From Centroscyllium fabricii (lineage: Eukaryota): a DNA stretch of 64,000 nucleotides. Of the stretch, positions 13,930 through 26,100 are shown piece after piece; the stretch's first letter is position 1; each line of letters begins with the position of its first letter. The notes beneath the pieces were generated by a model. The model did not search any database. It saw nothing but the letters and a program-made list of their open reading frames with translations, and was not told where the DNA came from. Made by a program: the position numbers and the translations under genes. The stretch covers positions 8,370,001 through 8,434,000 of the forward strand of contig JBNRSN020000014.1 in the NCBI GenBank assembly GCA_051313645.2. The letters run 5' to 3'.

Positions 13930-16900
13930 GTGTTTTATATTAATAAATATTCTTCATACATAAATATATGTATATATATATTTATATATTTCCCAGAAAT
14001 TTATAATCTCTATTTTTGGAACTGTACTAATTATAAACTTAAATCATTATTGTATTATTCTAAGAGAACCATTGGCATATTTACAATAAGGAGGATGCAT
14101 AGCCTCAGACAAACATTTTCACACAAAATGTCATGTGTTCATTATTAAAGGTCCTGTTGCCGGTTACAGGGTCCTGCATACCCATATTAGAAGTTTTCCC
14201 AGTTTTTTTTCCTGACATGCTGAGAATAGTGCTGATAATTTACAAGATGCTGGGCGGCTCAGGAGGGCTGATACCCCCTCACTGTATGTGGACCCCCCCC
14301 ATGGACAACACACCCGCACACAGAAATCTAAGTAGACTCGAGACCTTTTGTTTTGTCCCCCTTTGACAGACACATTTGGCTGGTGCACAATCCTGCTGTA
14401 CCCACAGGTAGTGCTGTCAGATATTTTAAGGCTTGCACTTTTAGCAAATGCTCATCTGAGGGCAGTATTGCACTGGGGATGGGGGCTGGAGGAGCTATCA
14501 CTGTGGGCTTTGCATCACTGACCACCTTCTGCAAAAAAACACGCACTGCTATATTCTGGAGCCATGTCTTCAATGTGTTATCATCTCCCCAATTTTGGAA
14601 ACATTCACTAGGATGCATGCTATTAAAAATGCATGGAACAGTTCAAATTTATTGACTGATTGACAGGTGACCAGACCAAGAAATATCAACCAGTGCAAGT
14701 TGATAATTGTGCATCTTGAGCCTAGTTCTCTTTCGTTTGCCTCACACCTCCCTCCCCCTCCACATCCTGGAGGCTTGGATGTGACGGCTCAGGATGAGTT
14801 GCAAATTGAAACCGACCCTGATCTCTCGGTCTTAATGGAAACAACTGGGAAGTAAACAGAAGCTAATTGGACTCCAGGCAGGCCAACCTGCACGTGTGAG
14901 GTGATCGATACCACCTCAGTACTACCAGCAACTCAGCACACCTGCAAAACGGCTGCACGCTTACTGATTCAGAAAGGGGAAAGCGAGGCTCTGACTGCGC
15001 TCTTTCTGTTTTGTTGGATGCCCTTTGTCTGCTTGCATCGCATTCCACTTTAGACTATTTGCCAGAGCCAATCACGTCCTGTGTGATTATAAGAGAACAT
15101 CTCTCGCAAAGTTCACTGACAGGTCCACCTGCCGGGGTGGGGTGGGGTGGGGGACCATGTCACTGTTCTTTAGAAGTAGGCCATCTAAAAAAAATTGCTG
15201 TCGATACTAGTTCCTTCTAAGCTTCAAGTATACTGTCCTACACCCTCTTTCTCCTCCCCGTATCCTCACTGTGTTGAAACATCACCATTTGCTACTCTAA
15301 CTCATTTTTCTGAGGATCTTAAAAAGCTGTGGAACTTCTCACCTCCCTCACTCCTCGCTCCTACCAACTTCTTCGTCTTAATTTATCTTGTCTTGTCTCT
15401 TACTCTACCAGTGCATGCAGGATCTGGGAGAGAACACTTTTTGTTTGTGATTTCTAGGGTAACTCCTGTCGATTCAGGTGAGGTTAAACAGTAACTTCAG
15501 AAACAAAGTCAATGTGCCCTGGACTGCTGGACATTGAGGGCAGAGAACGAAGGGAACTCAAAAGGATTGACAGATTTGACTGGTCCTTGGGAGTTGCAAC
15601 TTGTCCAGTCTTGGCCGGTGTTTGAGAGCATTCAGGACTATTGTAAACTGGACCCCAGATTTCTGTTTCTTAAAACAGAAGGTTGTTTCGGCCCCAACTT
15701 CCTTTTGTTTTTTTTAGAGTCATGAGTAATTATTAAGCTTTTAATTAATTTGCAGCAAACTAAAATCAGAACTTGAGTTGCAGTCCCCTCTCAACTTCCT
15801 CCACCTCCCCATCACCCCTCTGTCTGCTGTAGGGCTTGGCAATAGTTGGGGATCGTGGAGGCTGTGCCCAGTAAAGCCTGCAGAATCCATGCAACCCTGA
15901 ATTAAAAAGGAGGGATGCAGGGAAAGAAACTAAGTTTCATAAACTAATGAATAATCCAAATGGATTAAATCACAAAGACACTTGAGATAGGGTTTCACGC
16001 AAAAAGCATGCACTCCGTTTTGCAGTGCGCTGGTATCTTTTGCTGGCGGCTAGCATTCATTGTGAATGTCTTGTGATTTGCCTTCCTCTGCCCCTCTCAT
16101 CAATCCAGAGCCCCTCACCACCAACCCCCCCGGTGAGGACCGATTGTACCCAAATTTACAGGTTTGAAAAAGCAGAATTACAAATGAAATGGAAATGATC
16201 TCACAAGAGTTAAAATAGTTAATTATTGATCTGGCAACTTTCTCCCCCCTAACCACCCCCACCTCATGCCCCCCTCCCCATCCCAGATGAATGCAAAAAT
16301 CAAAGTGCTCTTGAACAGGACATGCTCTTTCCACAGAGAGAGAGAGAGAGAGAGCTTCACGAGGATTCCATGCTGTGATAGGCCATTCTGATGAGGCAAG
16401 AAGGCACACAACACAACTTCCAAACTGGCAGGTGGCAATTCTTTGTTCTTCTTGTCTGTCGGTGCTGAGAGCCCACTCCTCAGAGATGCCAGTCGTAGCC
16501 CAGGCATTCGGATGAACTTATGTGACTGAACATGTTGTGTATTGGATAACCTTCATTCCCCCACACAATATATATTAACAGGTAACAGATGATAAAACTC
16601 ATCAATAAAACCCAGCACTTTCCAAATGTCCTTTTAGGGTTTTTTCCCATTATCTTGCTCTCTCCTTATTTGCCTCAGAGACAGCGAAACCTCTTATGAG
16701 GACCAACGTGAGCCCTATTTTCTTTGCTATGCCCCCATTTTGATTTATTTTTATACATGCTCCAAATCCCCACCCCAATAAAGAATAGTTTAACATTTTT
16801 TTCAGTTTTTTTTTCCTTTCTCCTTTTTTTTTGGTGTTTTTTTAAAATCTTTTTTTTTTAGAAGGCTAGAGCTCCTCAAGTCTTAAGAGGTCCAAAGGCT

Positions 16901-16972
16901 CCCCCCGCCCCCACCCTCCCCCCCCCCCCCCCCGCCCCCGGCTCACTTGGCAATGCACGAAGAATGTTGGGG
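13930..16972 (-). other. CACNA1A: Probable CACNA1A 3' UTR (distal end uncertain)
   Basis: Follows the stop codon; repeat-poor with AU-rich stretches. Minus-strand AATAAA candidates lie at 16744-16749 and 14648-14653. The end cannot be fixed without RNA data. Confidence 0.45.
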
Positions 16973-17605
16973 CTAGCACCAGTCGTCCTCATCAGTTTCA
17001 CTGTAGGGTTCATGCATTCCTTTCCTTGTGCCAGGTCCTCTCGTTTGCGTCAGCCCGAGATTGTGATAGTACCCGTTGGGCACCCGCCGCCCGTGCCGCG
17101 AGGGCGACACGGAGGATGACCCTGCCCGAGAAGTCCTGGGCGATCTTCCAGAGCTGGTCGCCACGGCGGCCTCGAAGGTCAGCGTTGCCTCACTTGGCGC
17201 ATCATAGTCGGGGCTGCGGTCGTAGTCCTCGTCGTGAGACCCCAGGTAAGGCTGGGAAAGGTGGGAGCTGGGAGTGGACCACTGGCTGCTGCCCTGCCGA
17301 TTCAGCTGAGGCGACTCGTTGCGGGGGACGGTGGCACTCCTCTCCGTGGCGGGGGTCCTGCCGCTGCCCGTCCGCTCCCCCCTCTGGTGCTCTGGGGGCG
17401 GCGGAGAGTACCTGCGTGGCACGAGGGTTGGCATCCTGCCCTGCTGCTGCTGCTGCGACGCATTCATGGCCTTGCGGACCACAGGGGAGTAGGTGACATG
17501 CGGCCGAGGTGTGGAGGGAGTCGGGGGGAGCTGCCTGCGTCCGCGCCTCGGTGTACTGGTGCCAGAAGTGGAAGGTACTGGACTCCCACTCACAGAACTA
17601 CTGCC
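16973..17605 (-). CDS. CACNA1A: CACNA1A terminal coding exon (human exon 47 equivalent), long isoform
   Basis: Acceptor cgtgtag|GGCAGTAGT after a long pyrimidine tract. The 633 nt read [45 protein letters not shown]...QQQQQ...NGYY...[13 protein letters not shown], matching the Cav2.1 C-terminus (RQLPxTP RIM-BP motif, DDWC PDZ ligand, QQQQQ at the SCA6 position). Confidence 0.96.
   Translation of the reverse strand, partial: GSSSVSGSPVPSTSGTSTPRRGRRQLPPTPSTPRPHVTYSPVVRKAMNASQQQQQGRMPTLVPRRYSPPPPEHQRGERTGSGRTPATERSATVPRNESPQLNRQGSSQWSTPSSHLSQPYLGSHDEDYDRSPDYDAPSEATLTFEAAVATSSGRSPRTSRAGSSSVSPSRHGRRVPNGYYHNLGLTQTRGPGTRKGMHEPYSETDEDDWC
17441..17455 (-). repeat. (CAG)5 polyglutamine codon run in exon 47
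   Basis: Plus strand reads ctg x5, in frame as QQQQQ after ...[11 protein letters not shown]. Confidence 0.9.
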
Positions 17606-18589
17606 CTACACGAAAATTGAAACAAAGCAAAATCAAAAAAATAAAAAACCAGGAGGAAAAAAACACAGACAGAAAAAACATCGAAGAAAGCAAAGAGATA
17701 ACGAAAGAAAAAAAGGGGGAAGCGACGTTCACAGAACAAAAAAAGCCAAAAGAAAGTAAAAAGAGAAAGTGACGTCTGTAAGTCAAGGGGTTAAAAAAAG
17801 AGCAGACATTGTCCTTTAGTTAACATGGGTATAAAACCGTATAGTTAGGCCATACACATTAAACAGCTTGGAATCTAAAATTGAGATAAAACGGGAAATA
17901 CTATGAATGTTGGAAATCTGAAACCAAAGCAGGAAAAATGCTGGAACTGCGGATATGTCAGTATCTGAAAGAAAAGATGGGTTAATGTTTCTGTGGCGGG
18001 GGGAGGGGGTGGCAGGCTGGAGAAACCTGACCTTCTCCCCTTCACCCTCTGGGCTTGTGCACATCAGTCCCTTAAAAAGGGGGTTTTCTCTGCCCTAACC
18101 GTGAAGGAGCCCCACTCCCCCCCCTTGAAAAGTTAACATCTCCTCCGCTTTCAGAGGCTGGATGAACCTGTTGTTGGTCATTGTTATCCGATATTGACCG
18201 TGCCCAGGTTATCCAGCGAGTCCGGGTACAGACGCAGCAAAATCTCCCTATTAAATCCAGAAACCTCCTTTCTGAACTGACAGATCTCAAGGGCCTCCTC
18301 TCTCTCTCTCTCTAAGATTGTTTTGTTATAATCCTGAGCCACACAAGGTTCAATCCGATAACAACATAAGAATCTTTAGCCTCAGGAAAGGGCTGTTTGG
18401 CCCAACATTGCTTTTCCAAACATCAACCCCAATCTACCCACTTTCTCATCAAATCCCTTCCTCCCTTTGCAAACATATCTATTTATCGTGAACCCAATTA
18501 CACCGTCCACTTCAACACCTTTTCATGGTAATTAATTCCACCGCTCCATCACGCTTTGCGTGAAACCGTCCTGACTTCTTTTCATCGCC

Positions 18590-18905
18590 CTAACCGCTGA
18601 GGTTTTCCTCCAGCCCCATGGCCCTCCGAGATCTCTGCGCTCCTCCAATTCTGGCCTCTTGCGCATCCATCGCTCCGACATTGGCGGCCGTGCCTTCATC
18701 TGCCTCGGCCCTAAGCTCTGGAATTCCCTCCCTAATCCTCTGTCTCCTCCTTTCTGACGCTCCTTAAATCCGACCTCTTCCCGAGGTTTTTGTCGCCTGT
18801 CCTAATAGCTCCTTATGTGGCTCGGTCTCACATTTTGTCTGATAATCGCTCCTGTGAAACGCCGCGGGGTGTTAAAGGTGCTATATAAATGCAAGTTGTT
18901 CTTGT
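18590..18905 (+). mobile_element. L2-type LINE 3' fragment
   Basis: ggcggccgtgccttc...gctctggaattccctccc...gttaaaggtgctatataaatgcaagttgtt tail. Related tails on the minus strand near 24080-24190 and 40830. Confidence 0.7.
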
Positions 18906-18984
18906 TATGTCCCCTGATATCTGAAACTTATGCCACAGTAAATAAGTCTGGGGATGTGGGCATCGCTGGCAATTAAGAACGCTG

Positions 18985-20829
18985 ATGGTTCAATGTAAAA
19001 GCTTCTATAGATATGTGAAGAGAAAAAGATTGGTGAAGTTGAGTGTAGGTCCCTTGCAGTCAGAATCAGGGGAATTTATAATGGGGAACAAAGAAATGGC
19101 AGACCAATTAAATACATACTTTGGTTCTGTCTCCACAAAGGAGGACACAAATAATCTCCCAGAGATGTCGGGGAACATAGGCTCTAATGAGAGGGAGGAA
19201 CTGAATGAAATCAGTATTTGTAGGGAAATGGTGTTAGGGAAATTGACGGGATTGAAGGCCGATAAATCCCCAAGGCCTGATAATCTACATCCTAGGGTAC
19301 TAAGGAAGTGGCCCTAGAAATAATAGATGCATTGCTGGTCATCTTCCAAAATTCTATAGACTCTGGAACAGTTCCCATGGATTGGAGGGTAGCTAATGTA
19401 ACCTCACTATTTAAAAAAGGTGTTAGAGAGAAAACGGAGAATTATCGGTCGTGGGGAAAATGCTAGAGTCCATTATAAAAGATGTAATAGCAGAGCACTT
19501 GGAAAACAGTGACAGGATCGGACAAAGTCAACATGGATTTACAAAAGGTAAATCGTGCTTGACTAATCTGTTGGAATTTTTTGAGGATGTAACTGGTAAA
19601 ATAGATAAGGGAGAACCAGTGGATGTGGTGTATTTGGACTTTCAGAAGGCTTTCGATAAGGTCCCGCATAAGAGGTTAGCGTGCAAAGTTAAAGCACATG
19701 GGATTCGGGGTAAAGTACTGACTTGGATAGAGAACTGGTTGTCAGACAGGAAGCAAAGAGTTGGAATAAACGGGTCTTTTTCCGAGTGGCAGGCAGTGAC
19801 TAATGGGGTTCCGCATAGATCGGTGCTAGGACCCCAGCTATTCACAATATATATATTAATGATCTAGACAAGGGAACCAGATGTAATATCTCCAAATTTG
19901 CAGATGACGCAAAGCTGGGTGGGCGTGTGTGCTGTGAGGAGGATGCTGAGAAACCCCAGTATGATTTGGACAGGTTGGGTAATTAGCCAGATGCATGGCA
20001 GATGCAGTATAATGTAGATAAATGAGAGGTTATCCATTTTTGTGGCAAAAACAGGAAGGCTGATTATTATCTGAATGGCAATAGATTGGGAGAAGGGGAA
20101 GTGCAACGAGACCTGGGTGTCCTTGTGCACCAGTTGCTGAAGGTAAGCATGCAGGTGCAGCAGGCAGTTAAGAAGGCAAATGGTATGTTGGCCTTCGTAG
20201 CGAGAGGGTTCGAGTACAGGAACAAGGATGTCTTGCTGCAGTTGTACAGGGTCTTGGTGAGACCACACCTTGAGTATTGTGTGCAGCTTTGGTCGCCTTA
20301 TCTGAGGAAGGATGTTCTTGCCATGGAGGGAGTGCAGTGAAGATTCATCAGACTGATACCTGGGATGGCAGGAATGACGTATGAGGAGAGATTGGGTCGA
20401 TTGGGCTTATATTCGCTGGAGTTTAGAAGAATGAGAGGGGATCTCATTGAAACTTATAAAATTTTAACAGGACTGGACAAACTAGATGCTGGAAGGATGT
20501 TCCCGATGGTCGGGGGGTCCAGAACCAGGGGTCACAGTCTAAGGATAAGGGGTAAGCCATTTAGGACAGAGATGAGGTGGAATTTCTTCACCCAGAGAGT
20601 GGTGAACCTGTGGAATTCTCTACCACAAAAGGCAGTTGAGGCCAATTCATTAAATATATTCAAGAAGGAGTTGGATATATTTCTTAAGGCTAAAGGGATC
20701 AAAGGATATGGGGAGAAGGCAGGGACAGGGTACTGAATTTGGATAATCAGCCATGATCTCATTGAATGGTGGAGCAGGCTCGAGGGGCTGAATGGCCTAC
20801 TCCTGCTCCTATCTTCTATGTTTCTATGT
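18985..20829 (+). mobile_element. 5'-truncated CR1 LINE (RT domain, frameshifted)
   Basis: ORF fragments SQHGFTKGKSCLTNLLEFF, YLDFQKAFDKVPH, SKFADD, VRPHLEYCVQ; 3' tail tctatgtttctatg. Confidence 0.95.
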
Positions 20830-20846
20830 AAATGAACAGCCTCGTG

Positions 20847-20890
20847 CCCCGGCCTGCTAGTCTAGAACGCCCGATCCCAAGTCGACCTCG

Positions 20891-20923
<33 letters not shown>

Positions 20924-21067
20924 GGATGGGAGACCATCGGGGAAGACCAGGTGCAATAGCAGGCAGTGACCACGGAGGAGGCGCTAACGCGCGGTCAAAA
21001 AGCAGACCGTTAACCGGTCTGTTAAAAACTCCATCCACCACTTCGAAAGAAGATACGACAAGAAGAA
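20847..21067 (+). mobile_element. 5S rRNA-derived SINE (SINE3-type) with (AAG)n tail and 13-bp TSD
   Basis: cgcccgatc...ctcggaagctaagcagagtcaggcctggtcagtacttggatgggagacc matches 5S rRNA, including box A and box C. About 100 nt of non-5S body and an acaagaagaag tail follow. GAACAGCCTCGTG at 20834-20846 and 21068-21080. Confidence 0.85.
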
Positions 21068-21231
21068 GAACAGCCTCGTGTAGTACTGAGCTGAATCGAC
21101 CAGCTCCCAGCCTAAATTCCCATCTATGCTGAGTCAACTGATCTCAGGGCAGTGGTGGCTTCAGTGTTTGGGTTGAGGAGGGAAGCGAGATCAGCCAGGG
21201 GTCCTGTTGCTGATCATTATCCTGATGAAAT

Positions 21232-22040
21232 GTGCTAACCCTTCCATCGAAGCTCATCCCTCTAAACCCTCATTCTCCCATTGAAGTCCCTCTGTCTAGT
21301 ACCCTAACCCTTCCATCGAAGCTCATCCCTCTAAACCCTCATTCTCCCATTGAAGTCCATCTGTCTAGTAACCTAACTCTCCCATCGAAGCTCATCCCTC
21401 TAAACCCTCATTCTCCCATTGAAGTCCATCTGTCTAGTACCCTAACTCTTCCATCGAAGCTTATCCCTCTAAACCCTCATTCTCCCATTGAAGTCCATCT
21501 GTCTAGTACCCTAACTCTCCCATCGAAGCTTATCCCTCTAGAATTCATTCTCCCATCGAACCTTATCCCTCTAGTACCCTAACTCTCCCATCAAAGCACA
21601 TCCCTCTAGTGCCTTAATCTTCCATTGAAGCTCATCTCTCTGAACCCTAATTCTCCCATTGAAACCCATCCCTGAAGTACCCTAACCCTCCCATCACAGC
21701 TAATCCCTCTAGTTCACTAACACTTCCATCAAAACTCATCCCTCTGGAACTCATGCTCCCATTGTACCTCATCCCTCTCGTGAGCTAACTCTCCCACTGA
21801 AGCTCATTCCTTTAATAGCCTAACTCTCCCATTGAAGCTCATCCCTCTACTTCTCTAACCTTCCCATTGAAGCTCTTCCCTCTAGTATCCCCACCGTCCC
21901 ATTAAAATGTATCCCTCTAGCCCCCTAATTCTCCCATCACAGCTCGTCTCTCTAGTAGTCTGAACTGTAACACTGAAGCCATTCTCTATAGTACCTGAAC
22001 TTTCCCATTGAACCTCATCCCACTCGCATCCTAACTCCAA
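21232..22040. repeat. Minisatellite with a 69-bp unit made of two ~34-35-bp subunits, decaying to the right
   Basis: Repeating ctaactctcccatcgaagctcatccctctaaaccctcattctcccattgaagtccatctgtctagtac; shows as a 23-aa period in ORF 21232-21582. Confidence 0.9.
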
Positions 22041-22980
22041 TTATAACATCGAAATACATTTTGAATGTTCTGAATGTGTTTGCCCCACTATCTTACATGG
22101 TAGATTATTTGAAATATTTAGCACTCTTTCAGTAAAAAATATCTGTTTATAATTTACTTTTCACTAATTGGCCCTCCGGTACTATTCTCCTGACTTACTG
22201 TGAAGTGATATTCTGGGTTTATTTTATCTACACCATTTAACACTTTTTAGACTGTGGAGCTTGTTTATCTGGTCTGTCCTCAGGCAATAACTCGCCAAGG
22301 ATTCTTTGGCAGCACTTCCCAAACCCGCGACCTCTACCACCTAGAAGGACAAGGATAGCAGGCGCATGGGAACACCACCACTATGGAAATATATCGGCTG
22401 ATCATCCAGCATCGCTGGGTCAAAATCTTGGAAATCCCATCCTAACAGCACTGTGGGAGCACCTTCACCACACGGACTGCAGCAGTTCAAGAAGGCGGCT
22501 CACCACCATCTTCTCGAGGACAATTAGGGATGGGCAATAAATGCTGGCTGTGTCAGCGATGTCCACATCCCACGAATGAATACATAAAAAAAAATAATCC
22601 CTTACACTTGAGGTCAGTCTTCCCCATTCTCCTTCAGGATAAGCACCATCTGTCCAGAAGAATTTCTTTGTTTTAAGTCCCTCTAACTTATTAAATACCT
22701 CAGCCACACTGACGTCAAAATCCTGTAGGATATTGGGTGTTTTACAGAAATTGAACGCTGAGTTAGTGTTATCCTCTTTGATGAATACTTATAGAAAATA
22801 TTTAGTTCATACGCAAATAATTTCATCCCCACTTTTATCTCTTACATTTTCAGTGTTATTCCCAGGATCTTTTGCTATCCTTATAGCTTAGGGCCCTATT
22901 TGTAACTCTAAAGATGCTTTTACAGTGTTGTGACAGTGAAACGATACCGGAACTTCTGGTGGCGCACCCATTTTACATTA

Positions 22981-23536
22981 CAGGTACACAATCCTTTATT
23001 CGAAACCCTTGGGACCGGACGGGTCTCGGATTTCGGATATTTTCGGTTTTTGGATGGTCGTGTTGGCGGCCCAGTGCGCAGGCGCGGAATGGCGCTCTGC
23101 GCATGCGCAGGCGCATTGCTGTGTTGGCGGCCCAGTGCACAGGTGCGGAACGGCGCTCTGCGCAGGCGCATTGTCGTGTTGGCGGCCCAGTGCGCAGGTG
23201 CGGAATGGTGCTCTGTGCAGGTGCATTGCTGTGTTGGCGGCCCAGTGCGCAGGTGCGGAATGGCGCTCTGCGCACGCGCAGGTGCATTGCCGTGTTGGCG
23301 GCCCAGTGCACAGGCGCGGAACGGCGCTCTGCGCATGCGCCGTCCTCTGAAATGGAAGAGACGCTCCCGGGAGGCGGTAGGAGATTGTGGGCTCGGGGAG
23401 GAATTGTACCCGCGAGTGGGCTGGAAACCCGTGTAGGTCTCAGGCCCCGATTAAATTTAGGTTTGTGCTCCAAAACGTTTTTCGGTTTTCGGAACTTTTC
23501 GGTTTTCGGATGTGCGGTTAAGGGATTGTGTCCCTT
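22981..23536. mobile_element. Tc1/mariner (Tigger-like) MITE containing an internal GC-rich tandem repeat
   Basis: TA|CAGGTACACAATCCTTTA left end and a degenerate right end TAAGGGATTGTGTCCCT. Five ~52-60-bp repeats (gtgttggcggcccagtgcgcagg...) at 23058-23341. Confidence 0.65.
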
Positions 23537-25617
23537 CCCTATCAGACACTGGTCCGAAGCAGCATGAATCGGGTGGCAATGAGCAAGACTCCCCTCCCGA
23601 ACCCAGGGACAGCCTTACTGCCACCTCGACTGAGATCAGTGGACGCAATGCACAGCAAGGATCGATCCTGAGGACTTCTTTATAGATCGGCACCACAACA
23701 CATCTACCAACTGAGGCAGTGGGAGAGCCTTTGGCTGGCCATTAGTGCAGGAAATAAGTCTACATTGAGAATAACAGGTAGGTGAGAATGATTACAGCGC
23801 GGCAATCTCAGCCAAGAATGTCAGAAACCAAAAAAAAAGCAAAGTTCAGACATTTTATCATCTTAACCCTCAGGTGAGTTTACGGCCTTGTAAGGACCCC
23901 TGTGTATCCATTCTTTTTAAATAATTTACAAGGCGGTGTTTATTTCATGTTCCCCCCCCCCCCCAATTCTGAAGGCAAGCGTCGTGGCTAATACTGGTGC
24001 TCGGAATGCTCCATGTCGTTGCCATGTGGCATTGAAGGATTAACAAATGTGAAGTAATCCCTCAGTTATTGAAAGAAAAGAAAGACTTGCATTTCTATTG
24101 CGCCTTTCACGACCACCGGACGTCTCAAAGCGCTTTACAGCCAATGAAGTACTTTTGGAGTGTAGTCAACTGTTGTAATGTGGGAAACACCATGAGTGGT
24201 AATAGTCGAGGGTGCATCATGTAATATATAGTACACAAGATAATATATAGTACACAAGATAACTATTGCTTTGAATAAAATGGGAAGTTGTAGTGGATTG
24301 GTCTGTTCAGTTAATTGGTTGAATTTTGATCTTACAGGCTAGTAGTCCTTATGTGGCACTCTTGCGATCTTATCAGTTACATTCAATTGTATCCTGCGTG
24401 GACAGGACTGAATAAATGGGAATCTCAGAATAAGGGACAGACAAACAAATATAACACTTTAGGATAAGACAACATTAGACACACGTGTAAAAAGACATGA
24501 GCTGTGGGTCATAGACATAGTCTGAGTGACAGATAGAGGAGTCTTGCTGGATGCGGTTTTAACTGTGTACTGGGCGAAGAATGGGAATTTTCACTTATTC
24601 CTCACATCCTCTCTTAGTACTGTACATGAATATATTGGATAGTACTGGCACCAGTACATACTGGAGATTGAAGTGTATGCTTTAGCCATTAAGTTGCTGT
24701 GTGCTTTTTCAGTCTTTCCTCTCTCCTTTCCTGAAGGTGCTGACTCTTGCGTAGGTACAGCTTACCAGGGGCTCTCGGTCCACCAAGTACTCATTTTTCA
24801 GGTTCGAGACTAGATTGTGAGTCGAGGCAGGCTTTTCAATACCACATGGCATTTCAGCTGAGGCAAATCCTGGCCTTGTGCAATGTCTACACACATGCAA
24901 TTTCCAATAGGAGATTATTGGATAGTGATTACCAATGGGGACCCTGGATAGTCCTTCCTCTCCCTAACCTAGGAGTGCTGAGGTAGACGGTAGCTCCTTG
25001 GCTCAGATCAGCTGATTTTGCACAAATGAGGAATGAAACCTGAATCTGCTGTTTCACCAAGTCTTTCTCTGTACCCTTTGTATGCTCAGATACAGCTTGA
25101 GAAGTAGCACCAAGCTGACGGAGGTGCAGTGGCCAGCAGGTGTTTTGCTGGCCTGCACAGTTTTGAAAGATGTAGATCAACGGCTTCACTTTTCCGCAGA
25201 TTGTGGCTCTCTTACATCGCCTGTGCTATTGGGTGGCAGGAATGTAAAATACAGCCTGCTTTCACAAATGGAAGTGAAGTGTATAAGATAATAAACAATA
25301 CAGAAAAGGTAAACTTCAAATTAAACTGTGAGAACAGGAGACGTGGACACAGGTGCAGAAGGAGAAACGGAACCTGGTCTCTCAAAGTGCTTCACATAAA
25401 GAGTGCAATGGACTTCTGGAAAGAGTCACGGAGGCAGAAATCCTGGCATCGTCTAAGAATACTTAGATGGCTCGATGGGGAACTGTAGGTTTGTTCTGAA
25501 TGGATGTGCTAAGGTGAGGTGACCTTCCTCACCTGTAGCTACGTTGCAACCTCCTACTGGGTAGGCCTGAGAGTATCATCTTCAGAGGAGCCTCAGATTA
25601 CATCCTAGGCAAGGGAC

Positions 25618-26100
25618 TAGGCTGATACCTGGGATGGCAGGAATGACATATGAGGAGAGATTGGGCTGATTGGGCTTATACTCGCTGGAGTTTAGAAGAA
25701 TGAGAGGGGATCTCATTGAAACTTATAAAATTCTGACAGGTCTGGACTGGCTAGATGTAGGAAGGATGTTCCCGATGGTCGGGGAGTCCAGAACCAGGGA
25801 GCACAGGCTAAGGATAAGGGGTAAGCCATTTAGGACAGAGATGAGGAAGAATTTCTTCACCCAGAGGGTGGTGAACCTGTGGAATTCTCTACCACAGAAT
25901 GTAGTTGAGATCAATTCATTAAATATATTCAAGAAGGTGTTTGATATATTTCTTAGAACTAAAGGGATCAAGGGATATGGGGAGAAGGCAGGGACAGGGT
26001 ACTGACTTTGGATGATCAGCCATGATCTCATTGAATGGCAAAGCAGGCTCGAGGGACTGAATGGCCGACTCCTGCTCCTATCTTCTATGTTTCTATGTTT
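25618..26100 (+). mobile_element. CR1 LINE 3' fragment
   Basis: Near-identical to 20350-20829 (GLYSLEFRRMRGDLIETYK...GYGEKAGTGY* and tail). Confidence 0.92.

Noticed and set aside
17026-17620. Plus-strand ORFs of 156 and 128 aa
   Set aside because: Antisense shadows of GC-rich CACNA1A exon 47 with no recognisable protein features.
20847-20965. Functional 5S rRNA gene
   Set aside because: It is diverged from 5S at both ends, lacks the T-run terminator, and has an extra body, tail and TSD, so it is a retroposed element.
22914-23567. Several overlapping ORFs up to 217 aa
   Set aside because: Produced by a stop-poor GC-rich tandem repeat inside a MITE.
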